A stretch of 63,552 nucleotides of DNA, filler included, from Octopus bimaculoides (Eukaryota), in NCBI RefSeq assembly GCF_001194135.2. It is 4 parts of 3 records of this genome, joined end to end, with 100 filler letters (N's around TTAATTAATTAA, not from the genome) between each part and the next. Parts side by side here need not be neighbours in the genome. Positions count along the whole stretch, not along the records: positions 3,454 to 31,117 come from NC_069007.1; 3 more parts are not named here. One strand, given 5' to 3'. The position numbers and the translations under genes were made by a program. The notes below the pieces were generated by a model. That model saw nothing but the letters and a program-made list of their open reading frames with translations, had not been told where the DNA came from and searched no databases. Positions 10,885 through 22,443 of this stretch are shown one piece after another; position 1 is the first letter of the stretch, and each line of letters begins with the position of its first letter.

Positions 10885-13405
10885 TATGCGTTTTGCTCCA
10901 TTTATTATTATTCTTCATATCTACTCAAAATGCATCACTTTAACTTGGTATCTCTACCTATAAAAAGGGTGTGATATCCTGTTTTTTTTGTGTGATTTTT
11001 GCTATCCATGGTAACTATTAACATATTTACATTGTCAAAGTTTTTTTAAACCGAAATAATATTAATATATACATAAATTAATATACATATATATATATAT
11101 ATCTATATATATATACATATATACATACATATATAACTAAAGTTACACCAAAAGAAAATTGCACAATAAACCTACTAGTATAGAGATGCATAGACAGACA
11201 GGCAGACAAGCAGGCAGGCAGTCAGGTATGAAAGCAGATAGATAGATGTATCATTATCATCATCATCATTGTTTTACATCCAATTCACATTTCCATGCTG
11301 GCATGAGTTGGACGGCTTTTATTTTTGGCAGTGTTTCACAACTGGATGCTCTTCCTATCCACAACCCTCTTAGTCATCTATCTCGAAACACAGGAGCGCT
11401 AGATTCACCAATTCCAAAACCAAGAGAAAAATAACAGATAGGTGCATTGTACAAAATTAACTCCTGGTGTATTTGGTCAAATCAACTCTTTTATGCTCAA
11501 ATCAACTTTGCCATTTTTTTTTTTTTCCCAGTAGCATTAACTAAAACCCCTAAAAGCAGTGCCATGGCATCTCCAAAGAATGGACTGGAAGCTGTAAAAA
11601 GAATATATTAATACAAAAGAAGCCAATTTTTACAATAATGGCAGCAGACAAAAGACCAAAAGAGAAATTCTTGAGATGATTAATTTTTACTAAATAAAGA
11701 TTTCATTTTCTTGCAAATGCTTTTGAAGTTCATTCTCAAAGACTCTGAATAGAGAATGGTAACACGGAACTTTATCTTTCTGACCACATCACTAATGTAG
11801 TCAAATGATTATGAAATTTTCTTGGTAACCTTGAAGTCTTGGGTTCAATTTAACTGTGAGGTATCTTGGGCAAGTATCATTTTCTATAGCCTCAGATCAA
11901 TACCTGACTTATCAGTGGAATTGGGTAGAGGGAAACAGTAGAGAATCCCATGAGGTCAATTGTAACAGTAATTCAAAAGGTACAGACTTGTCACACTCAT
12001 TGTGTCATGCTGATTCTGTTCAAGAAATATGCTTAGGGAATATTCAGCCACTTGCATACTAATTGCGGGGTAGGCAATTCAGTTGATCAGATCAGATGAC
12101 TGACTCTTCTGTTGTCAAACAACAGAGATCAACCAGCACTAATGAAATACACTGCTTCTGGGTATCATTTTATCTTGTTTCAGTCATTAGGCTGTGGCCA
12201 TGCTGGGGCACCACCTTCAAAGATTTTAGTCAAACTCATCAACCCCAATACTTATTGTCTTATCAGTCACTTTTCCAAACCACTAAGTTATAGGGATGTA
12301 AACACACCAACACAGGTCGTCAAGCAGTGGAAGACGATGCATGCACACACATACCAGGCTTCTTTCAGTTTCCATCTACCAACTCCACTCACAAGGCTTT
12401 GGTTGGCCTTGTATTCACATTGCTCCATTTCAGTCAGTTGGCAAAAATGAGTTGTACCTGTAATTCAAAGGGCCAGCCTTGTCACAAGCTGTGTCACGCT
12501 GAATCTACCTGAGAACTACATTAAGGGTATGCATGTCTGTGGAGTACTCGGCCACTTGCTCATTAATTTCATAAGCAGGCTGTTTGGTTCATTAAATCAA
12601 ATAGAACACTTATCATAATCAACAGCATGCTAGCACTGCATGAGTATTATCACAGGCAATGAGACCATCATGACAATGAGCTAATGATGCAAAACATTAA
12701 GGAAACAGCATATATATATATATATATATATATATCATCATCATCGTCATTTAACATCCGCTTTCCATGCTGGCATGGGTTGGACGGTTTCACTGAGGAC
12801 TGGTGAGTCAGATGGCTGCACCAGGCTCCAATCTGATCTGGCAGAGTTTCTACAGCTGGATGCCCTTCCTAACACCAACCACTCCAAAAGTGTAATATAT
12901 ATATATATATACTCTAGTGGCCAAGAATTGACCTGCAAGCAATCATAACGGTGAACAATTGTCAAGGAAGACACCAAAGGTCATTTATTTACCTGATGAT
13001 GCAGGAAGGAAGAAGGCTTAAATATACCACAGCAAAAAGGTTCTAACATTAAATTATGAGAGAAAGTTTGAGTTTAGCATACAGACTTCATAAAATACGA
13101 GATTCTTATACCATAGAACCATATTTGATCTAAACTAGAATTCTGAAAATAATCAAGATTTTAGAAAGATATATTTAGTGAAAGAAATAAGGTTCTTATG
13201 GAGGGAAATTTTTACATACAGACTTTATAAAATAGAAGGCTTTATTTGACAGAACCAGATTTAGTTTCAGGTGAAATGTTGAAAATAATTGGTTTTGGAA
13301 GGGTTTTATTTAGTAAAATAACATTTTTTTTTCTTTATTCAACTGGTTTTTAGAGCATGACAAAATATTTTTACATTAAATTATGGAAGATGTGTCTTAA
13401 TTTAA

Positions 13406-13607
13406 TTCTTTAGGATTTAAACAGGTCACATTTGGCCCAAATATTCAACCTGTATTATGTTCAAACTGACCAGATCCAGCCTCTCACACCAACCCTACAA
13501 TGTCATCATGAAAATAAACAATGACATTGGTAGAATCTTAAAGCTATGAGATAATGTATGATTAATTCAAAACAATGTGAATAAATAATAATCTGAATAC
13601 TAAAGGG
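13406..13607. mobile_element. TTAA-flanked MITE (CCCTTTAG-type ends), left end decayed
   Basis: Ends CTAAAGGG-TTAA at 13600-13611; body homologous to 14375-14595 and 29193-29385. Confidence 0.7.
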
Positions 13608-14374
13608 TTAACTTATAAACATTCTAAATCAGGTTCAATTTCAAACAGAATTTTGAAAATGGTCAGGATTTTGGAGATTTGCTTAGTGAAATATGATCCT
13701 TAGATTAAATTATGGAGGAAAATTTTAATATACATGCTTTATAACATAAGAGTCTTTATACAATAGAGCTAGGTTCAATCTCAAGTAGAATTTTGAAGAT
13801 TTTAGCGAGATTTATTGAGTAAAATAAAGCTTTCTTTTTTTTGTTATTCAGTGGGTGTTTGGAACATAATAAATGGTCCTTACATTAAATTATGAAGGGA
13901 AATTTTAATTTAATGTGTAATCTTTATAAAATAGGGCTTATTTTATAGAACCAAGTTCAATTTCAGATAGAATTTTGAAATAATCAAGATTCAGGTAGAC
14001 TTATGATAAAAATCTTAATTTATCAAAGTGTAAAATACAAGGCTTATTTCATTGAAGCAAGTTCAATCTCAGCAAGAAATTTTAAAATAACTGAGGTTTG
14101 GTACAAATTATTCAATAAATTAATTAATCAGTTGATGTCTGGAACATAATAAAAAAATTCGCATTAAATTATGAAGGAAACTTCAAATTTATCATAAGAA
14201 CACTATAAAAGAGGTTTTAATTCACATAGTCAGGTTCGATTTTAGACAGAATTTTGAAAATAAGGAAGATTTTAAGAGGGATTTATTTAGTAAACTCATT
14301 AACAAAAAAAATTTTCATTAAATTATGAAAGAAAGACTTAATTTATCACATGAACACTATAAAATAGCTTTTAA

Positions 14375-14595
14375 CCCTTTAGTGTTTAAACCAGCTGTAT
14401 CCGGCCCAAATGTTCAACACATTTTATGCTCAAACTGGCCAGAACCAGCCTCTCACACCTACCCTACAATGTCATTCTAAAAATAAGCAATTACATCTTT
14501 CTTATCCTGAAGCTACAAAATAATATCAGATAAATTTTTTTGAAATGTGAACAAATAAGGATTACTTTTGACAAATTAATCTGAACACTAAAGGG
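14375..14595. mobile_element. piggyBac-like MITE with TTAA target-site duplication
   Basis: TTAA(14371-74)-CCCTTTAGTGTT ... AACACTAAAGGG-TTAA(14596-99): 12 bp perfect TIR. Confidence 0.85.
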
Positions 14596-15325
14596 TTAAA
14601 TTTATAGAACCAGGTTCAATTTCAGAGAGAATGTTGAAAGTAAGGAAGAATTTTTGGGGTTGGATTTATTCAGTTGGTGTGTGTGAAACATAACAAATGG
14701 TGATTACTTTGAATTATGAAGGGAAGGTTTTTTATAATTTAACATATGAACTTTGTGAAATAGATTTTATTTCATAGAACCATGATCAATCTCATATAGT
14801 ATTTTGAAAATAATGAAAATTTTTGGAAGGATTTACTTGGTAAAATAAGGATTTTTTTTTCATTCTTTCATTGTTGTCTGCAACAAAACAAAATATCTTA
14901 TTAAATTAAGGTGGAAAGTTTTATTTTACAAATGATTTTTATATAAAATATGAAGTCTTTATATCCTAGAATCAGAGGGCAGTCTTGGGCAAGTTGGCAT
15001 CAAAAGGGATACGGGTGTTTTTGACAATTAATAATATTGAATTTCATGGCAAGGAATTTATCAACAGAGATTCTTTGTTTTTTCAATCATATTTTTCCCA
15101 AAAAAACCTACTTAAACCACTGTAACCAGTCAAGCAAATAGCCACCAAATTGTGAGTTATATATGGTGAGATTTTAAATTCAAATGAACTGGCTGTGGTT
15201 TATCAGATTGGTAAATGGTAATCCAATAAGTTTGTAGATATAAAAAAAAAGAAAAAAAATTCAGTATACACAATTGAGGCAGTTTCAAATTAAATTAAAA
15301 TAGCCATTTATGTATCAAACTAAAT

Positions 15326-15627
15326 GTATATACACTGTCGATAAGGCCAGATACTGTAGTATTTGTCCTGAGATAGCATCTCTCAATAATTTTCAGAGAT
15401 GAAAATTCGTCTCAGCATTTGGGGTCCATCTCAAATGACACGTTACTCACTGCCAGCTCTGTATGCTTGGACAAGAAGTCATTGCTTGCACCACTGAGAA
15501 AGCCCAAAAATGCATTCAACACTCTCGCTTGCTGTTACTGGGATGGATTGTTGTGTTTATTTTTTTTAAGAGATGTTATCTCAGGAAAAACACTGCAGCA
15601 AATCTTGCCTATCAAAGGTGTATATAC
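15326..15627. mobile_element. ~300 bp MITE-like element with ~57 bp imperfect terminal inverted repeats
   Basis: GTATATACAC...CCTGAGATAGCATCTC (15326-15382) is the reverse complement of GAGATGTTATCTCAGG...GTGTATATAC (15570-15627); TA-rich ends. Confidence 0.7.
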
Positions 15628-16324
15628 ATCAAGTATAACTTATAGATGACTAAAGAAAAACTTTTTGAAATAAGTTAATTTGCTATGAGGAATGAGAAAT
15701 CTGCTTTTTGGGGCATTTGTCTTTCTTTAGCGTGAAAAAAAATATAAGAAAAAAAAATTTGAGACCAATATTGTGGGATTGTGGTGTGAGTAGATGCTGA
15801 AACAAATATTTGTAGAAAGAGTTTTGGAAAGACATTGATTTGGCATAAAGACAAAAAATAATGTTCGGTTCTCATGTTGTATAAATGCATTGGTAAAATT
15901 GGTAAAACATTCACAGACATTTGCAAAATATATATATATAACCTCTTTGTTACCATATTTCTATAGAAGTACTCTGCCTGTGTTTCAAATAATTTTGAAA
16001 TGAAGAATTTAGTGAAATAACTTTGTTCTTATTAAAGTGCGGTTTGGAACATAAATTCACTTGATATTCAGATCATTATAAAATGAAGGAATTTGTACAA
16101 TAGAACCAAGGACAATCTTCAGTGGGTTGGTATCAAAATGGTTGACCACTTTGTCACCATACTTCTGTAGAAATATTTTACATTGGTTTCAAATAATTTT
16201 GAAATGATGAATTTAATGAAATAACTTTGTTCTTACAAAACTGGTGTTTGGAACATAAATTAATTTGATATTCAGATCACTATAAAACAAGGAATTTATG
16301 TTATGGAAACAAGATGGTCTAGAG

Positions 16325-17619
16325 CAGGGGGGTCACCAAACTTTTTTCACAACGGGCCAGATAACTAAGACAATAACAAGCGCGGGCCACATATCCATTT
16401 TGTTCAATACAATACAGTGATTACACAAAAATAAAGACAACCGACATATTTATTTACTAAAAAGTTATCAAAGAAGGGAACATTAGCAATAAAATATATC
16501 ATACCCTGTATGCACATATCCGAATCTCACAAACTAAGCAGCAAAAAATATTAGTGAAATTTGTGAAACTGGTGTTCAGTTTTTAAGATGTCATCAATAT
16601 TTGCTTTGGAGTTGCTGCATTCAACCAAAAGAATTGCTTTCAAATGTTCATCAGTCAACTCCATTCGATGTGCTGACTTCATATACTTCATTTTTGAAAA
16701 TGTTTGCTCACAGACATAAGTTGTTCCAAACACTGGTGCCATACTAAAGGCAAATTTCTTCAACTTCAGAAACTCATCATCAGATAAACAGCGACAAGAT
16801 TTTACAAGTTTTCCTTCTCTATGCTTCTCTTTCAACAAATCATTTGCTTCCAAATCAATGAGCACCAACTGTAAGTTAACTGGCACGAGTGCTTGCTGAT
16901 GTATAATGCAATGTGTAAACAGAGGGCCCAGGAGTTGAAGATCTTCCAACTTAGTCCTGATCTGCCCTACCAAACCCTTCCTCATTCTAGCCATGTTTTT
17001 TCCAATCCATCAACTGAAACAAACCAAAACTGATTCCACTCAAGGTTATAGTCTTGCAAAGCTTTCGGCATTTCCATGAAAATCTCTCCTGTAGTTCTTT
17101 TTTTGTGCATGCTGCAAACAGATGCCAACTTTTCTGTGATCTGGAAGTCCAAATTAATACCACGAATGAACACAAGAAGTTGTGACGTACCCGAGAGATC
17201 AGTAGACTCACCCAGTGCCAGAGAATACCAAAAGAAGTTCCTAGCTTTCTCGTGCATCTGTAGCACTATGTTCTCTCCAAGTTCCTCTGTTCTTGCTGAA
17301 AGGCTGATACTTCCAAAAAATCGGCTTTCTCAGGACACAAGTCATTCGCTGCTTCCATCAGACACTCTTTGATAAAGTTGCCATCAGTAAATGGCTTTCC
17401 TTGCTCTGCTATCTTATGCACTATTTTGTAGCTTGTACGAGTGACAAATTCATTTTCAGCAAACATTCTCATGAAGAAAATGTTTAAACACAGCAATGCA
17501 ATTTCAAAGACAGTCGCTACAGAAATATACTCTCAAAGCAGGTACTTACACAAAAGGTACAGTGCGGTGGCGGTGGGCCAGATGAACTGACCTCATGGGC
17601 CATAGTTTGGTGACCCCTG
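16325..17619 (-). mobile_element. Internally deleted hAT (Buster/SPIN/GTF2IRD2-type) DNA transposon
   Basis: TIRs CAGGGG(GG)TCACCAAAC / GTTTGGTGACCCCTG. Frameshifted minus-strand transposase: KIAEQGKPFTDGNFIKECLM, YSLALGESTDLSGTSQLLVFIRG, THCIIHQQAL, VFGTTYVCEQTFSKMKYMKS...LTDEHL. Left flank GTCTAGAG, right flank GTCTTTTG. Confidence 0.92.
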
Positions 17620-18473
17620 GTCTTTTGAAAATAATGAAGAATTTTGAAAATACTTTTTTTCTTATTAAAGTGGTGTTTGGAACATAAATTAACATGAAGT
17701 CTTGATAGAAGGTTCTCAAAACAGGGAATTGGCATCATAGAACCAAAGGTTGTATGTAGAAGGTTAACCATTTTGTTATCATATTTCTGTTGAAATAGTC
17801 TGCCTAGAATTTAAGTAATTTTGAAAATAATGAAGAATTTGGTGAAATATAACATGAAATTTTGATGGCAGGTTTTAATTTAGACTATCTTGAAGGAAAA
17901 AGTTTTTATCATAGAACTCGGGGCAGTTTCAGTTGGGTTGGTGCCAAAAGGGTTGACCCTTTTGTTATTTCTGTTGAAACTCACTGCCTTTATTTGCATT
18001 AATTTCGAAAATAAAAAAAAAAAACTTTAGTAAAAGAATTCTGTCATTATGGAACCAATAACTGGAAAATAAATTAACATGAAATTTTGATGGAAGAATT
18101 TTGGATTATGTTAAAGCAAGAAGTTTGTCTGAAAGAACTAGATGGGTCTCAGGTGGGTTGGTGCCAAAAGGGTTAACCGTTTTGGTACTCTATTTCTGTT
18201 ATAATATACTGCCATTGCTTCAATTCAAAATAATGAAGTATTTAATGAAATAACTTTTTCTCGATAATCTGGTGTTTGGAACATGAATTAACATGAAATT
18301 TCAATGGAAGGTATTAATTTAGGTCATTTATCACTTCAAAATTATAAACTTTGTAACATAAAACCATGAAGAATCTCAGGCAGAGTTGGTACCAAAAAAG
18401 GTTACTAATGAATTAATAATAATATAAATAAATAAAATGGAAAATTTTTTTTAAATAGTTTTTTTTCCTTCCA

Positions 18474-18479
18474 TTTATT
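18474..18479 (-). promoter_or_regulatory. Candidate polyadenylation signal AATAAA for the ASB-type gene
   Basis: TTTATT on plus, ~35 nt downstream of the TAG stop at 18513-18515 on minus. Confidence 0.35.
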
Positions 18480-18512
18480 TATGCAGTTTTTGTGTGTTTT
18501 GTAAGAACTCTC

Positions 18513-18816
18513 CTAATCTGAATATGTTAAGAATCCTTTTAGTCTAGCTGGAATCGGTAGTTCTTTGACGCAACTCAAGATCTCTCGGTCACCACGAATC
18601 CCTAACAGATAGTTCCGAATATATTGACGACAGAGACAGGACAATGTCCAGGGGGAAGATCTCATGCTTTTCAACCATTCATGGAATTGTGATTGTTCTT
18701 CTGTTTTGCCTGGTAAATCAATCCAACCCTCTTGGTTTAGGTTCCAACCAGCTTGGACCAGAAAACGTGCAGCTTCAAAACAACCATTCCAGACAAGCCA
18801 ACAAAGTGGAGAGTTT
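18513..18816 (-). CDS. Terminal coding exon of an ankyrin repeat and SOCS box (ASB-type) protein
   Basis: Acceptor TTTCTCTTTCTCTTCCACAG|A (phase 2). NSPLCWLVWNGCFEAARFLVQAGWNL is an ankyrin-like repeat; PWTLSCLCRQYIRNYL...VKELPIPARLKGFL* is a SOCS box; TAG stop. Confidence 0.93.
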
Positions 18817-18841
18817 CTGTGGAAGAGAAAGAGAAACACAG

Positions 18842-18872
<31 letters not shown>

Positions 18873-19029
18873 NNNNNNNNNNCCCCCACTTATTAGCCCA
18901 AGAAGACTTTCACCGGTGTGACAAGAGAATTGACAAAACCAGGAAGGTACTTACTTTATCAACCCCAAAAGGATGAAAGGCAAAGTCAACCGTAGCAGAA
19001 ATATACTAATGATAATAATAATAATAATA

Positions 19030-19498
19030 GTCAAAGAAAACGAGAAAGCAACCATACTCTGGGATATGCCAATACACACAGATAGAGAAATTAAGGTCAA
19101 TAGACCAGATATAGTTGTCAAAGATCATGAAGTAAAAAAATGCTTTCAGCAGATGACAACGTTTCCCTAAAAGAAATGGAGAAACTTTCAAAATACAAAG
19201 ACCTGGAAATAGAGGTAACTCGAATGTGGAATCTAAAAACAGAAACAATTCCTATCATAGTAGGCGCCTTAGGTATGATAAAAAATATATTCAGACAAAT
19301 ACATAACAAAAACACCAGGACTTACAAATATATACAACATACAGAAAATTGCACTAATGGGCACTGCACACATCCTATGCAAAACACTTTCAATACAGTA
19401 ACCATAAGAGCATCACAGCAAACCACAGCACATACCCAAGGCACACAGAGCTGCGCTCGGTAGTGAAGTGAAAGTATGTTATAAAAATAAAACTACTG
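19030..19498 (+). mobile_element. 5'-truncated R4/Dong element (RLE domain plus 3' UTR) inserted in (AAT)n
   Basis: ILWDMPIHTDREIKVNRPDIVVKD...DDNVSLKEMEKLSKYKDLEIEVTRMWNLKTETIPIIVGALG; (AAT)n on both sides. Confidence 0.92.
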
Positions 19499-19514
19499 AA
19501 TAATAATAATGATG

Positions 19515-19704
19515 AAGGTTTCAAGTTTTGTCACAAGGCCAGCAATTTTGGGGAGTGAGTAACCCGATTACATCAACCCCAGTACTCAACCCCAAAAGGA
19601 TGAAAGGCAAAGTCAATCTCAGTGAAATTTGAACCCAGAACATAAAGACAGACCAAATGTCACTAAGCATTTCGCCCAGCTAACAACTCTGCCAGTTTGT
19701 TGCT

Positions 19705-19754
<50 letters not shown>

Positions 19755-19925
19755 CCTTTCTACTATAAGCAGAAGGCCTGAAATTTTGACTGGTATTTAA
19801 TTTATCAACCCTGAAAAGATGAAAGGCAAAGTCGACCCCAGTGGAATTTGAACTCAGAATGTAAAGATGAACAAAGTACCAACTAAGCATTTCGGCCAGC
19901 ACGGTAACAATTCTACCCACCTTAA
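19515..19925 (-). mobile_element. Two family A SINE copies separated by (AAT)n
   Basis: Both contain GATGAAAGGCAAAGTC...GAA(A/T)TTGAAC(C/T)CAGAA. Confidence 0.8.
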
Positions 19926-21534
19926 TAATAACAGGAACAATAGAGAACTATACAAAAAATTTTTTTTTTTTTAAAAACAGTCAATATGGGAACCAGAAAC
20001 ACAAAAGGAAAAATCTCATTAATGGAAACTACAAATTGATTACAGTTGCACATGTTTTATGTCTGGGCACCTAAGTATATCTTGGTGCTTTGACCTACAT
20101 AGTATTTGGCCATCTACCAGAACTTACCTGAACTTGCCTAAACTCATAGTTAATTAATTACCACATATTAATTACCTGATCTTATTCAACGAAACCAATT
20201 ATATTTCCTCAATGAACATATTTTTTTCCATTTTCTTTTTGTTTATTTTTGTTTCTCCTTCTTTTTTTTTGTTTGGATAATTACTTCCCTGCAACCTTGA
20301 CGCATTCTTGCCTTTCAAGTCTCTCTCCTATGTGGTCAATAAAAATGCTAGAAATAGCAACCAAATCTATCTATTTCATATCCAGTGTAACGGTACCAAT
20401 TGATTCTGGGAGGTATTTAGTAGCATCTGCTGCATCCTTTTGCTGCATTCCTGCTTTCGGCTGAGGAACCTTCTCTGACATGAGCAATAAAAATGCTAGA
20501 AATAGCAACCAAAATATTTAGTGCCCAGCAAGACGCCATCATTTGGTTCTACTTACCTTAGACTGAGGGAGAGAGCCTCTACTATGTGGTCAATGGAAAT
20601 GCTAGAAATAGCAACCAAATCTTTTTGGCACAGAGTTTAACACCATTGCTTGGTTCAAAGATATCTTCAGTGACTTGTATACCCCACCCCTTCAACATTC
20701 TTGTCTTCAAATGAGAGAGGGCTCTCTTATGTGGGCAATAGAAATGCTAGAAATAGCAACCAAATCTCTTTGGCACAGAGTTTAACACCATTGCTTGGTT
20801 CAAAGATATCTTCAGTGACTTGTATACCCCACCCCTTCAACATTCTTGTCTTCAAATGAGANNNNNNNNNNNNNNNNNNNNNNNNNNNNNNNNNNNNNNN
20901 NNNNNNNNNNNNNNNNNNNNNNNNNNNNNNNNNNNNNNNNNNNNNNNNNNNNNNNNNNNNNNNNNNNNNNNNNNNNNNNNNNNNNNNNNNNNNNNNNNNN
21001 NNNNNNNNNNNNNNNNNNNNNNNNNNNNNNNNNNNNNNNNNNNNNNNNNNNNNNNNNNNNNNNNNNNNNNNNNNNNNNNNNNNNNNNNNNNNNNNNNNNN
21101 NNNNNNNNNNNNNNNNNNNNNNNNNNNNNNNNNNNNNNNNNNNNNNNNNNNNNNNNNNNAAGGGCACTTAAACCCCAAAACATCAACCACTCCTGTATTC
21201 CACCAAGAGAAGCCTCCCCTATGTTGTCAAATGAATTGCTAGAAATAGCAACCAAGGGGAGGGAGAGGGTGGTGGTGGTGGTGGTGGTGGTTGGGGGTTG
21301 GAGGAGGACGAGGAGGACGAGGAGGAGGAGGACGAGGAGGAGGAGGACGAGGAAGAGGTGAAAGAGGAAGTAGAGGAGGACAAGGAAGAGGTGGAATAGG
21401 AAGAGCACGAGAAGGAAGGGAGGGGAGGAGGGTGGGGTGGTGGAGAAGGAGGACGAGGAGAAAGAAAGTAACATCAGCAAGAATTACCTGATATGTGGAA
21501 AAACCCTGCAAAACTGCCGAGTGGCCAAACTTAC

Positions 21535-21730
21535 CTGTTAGGACTGTGGTGTGATACTTTGGCACCAGCGCCAATGAGAATCCGCAGAGAGGAGACAGGT
21601 ACCACCTGCCCCATAACACAGGTGCATGCTGTAGAGTGCAGAGGTGTGAAGCCACGGCTGTCTTGGCAGTTGATGTAGGCACCAAATTCTAGCAAGCGGC
21701 TGATTATCCTATCAGATTCTTCACGGCTAC
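21535..21730 (-). CDS. Penultimate coding exon of the ASB-type gene (ankyrin repeats)
   Basis: Acceptor CCCTGCTGTAG|GT, donor AACAG|GTAAGT. 196 nt, phase 1 to 2: SREESDRIISRLLEFGAYINCQDSRGFTPLHSTACTCVMGQVVPVSSLRILIGAGAKVSHHSPN. AG+A joins in frame to the 18816 exon (…SPN-R-NSPLCW…). Confidence 0.93.
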
Positions 21731-22100
21731 CTACAGCAGGGATTGAAACAGAAAGAATTTCAGTAGGAGTTCTGTTTTCACATCATCATTATCATCAACA
21801 TCATCATCATAACTACCAATACCACCATCATCATCATCATCAACAATGCTGTTGTTATTTTAAGGTCCACCTTTCCTATGCTCACATAGATCAGACAGAA
21901 TTCATTGAGCCAGATTTTCTACAGCAGGATGCCCTTCCTGTCACCAACCCTCACCTGTTTCCAAGCAAGGTAATATTTCTGGAAGAATGGAAAAGAACAG
22001 CACTGGTTGTATGACAGGGATGCTTGTTTACAATTACCATGAGATGTCACAACAAGGAGACACACAAACACAGATGTATATATGTATATGTATGCATTTT

Positions 22101-22143
<43 letters not shown>

Positions 22144-22443
22144 NNNNNNNNNNNNNNNNNNNNNNNNNNNNNNNNNNNNNNNNNNNNNNNNNNNNNNNNN
22201 NNNNNNNNNNNNNNNNNNNNNNNNNNNNNNNNNNNNNNNNNNNNNNNNNNNNNNNNNNNNNNNNNNNNNNNNNNNNNNNNNNNNNNNNNNNNNNNNNNNN
22301 NNNNNNNNNNNNNNNNNNNNNNNNNNNNNNNNNNNNNNNNNNNNNNNNNNNNNNNNNNNNNNNNNNNNNNNNNNNNNNNNNNNNNNNNNNNNNNNNNNNN
22401 NNNNNNNNNNNNNNNNNNNNNNNNNNNNNNNNNNNNNNNNNNC

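Larger units (their letters stand above)
13030..18405. repeat. Decayed tandem array of ~150-230 bp units derived from a TTAA (piggyBac-like) MITE, interrupted by other elements
   Basis: Recurrent TTTTGAAAATAATGAAG...GAAATAA...GGAACATAA...ATAGAACCA motif. Unit junctions AAAAGGG-TT(A/G)A-CCCTTTT-like at ~16141, 17761, 17951, 18171, 18398. Confidence 0.75.

Noticed and set aside
12988-13015. CTGATGA hammerhead core
   Set aside because: No downstream GAAA or stem III.
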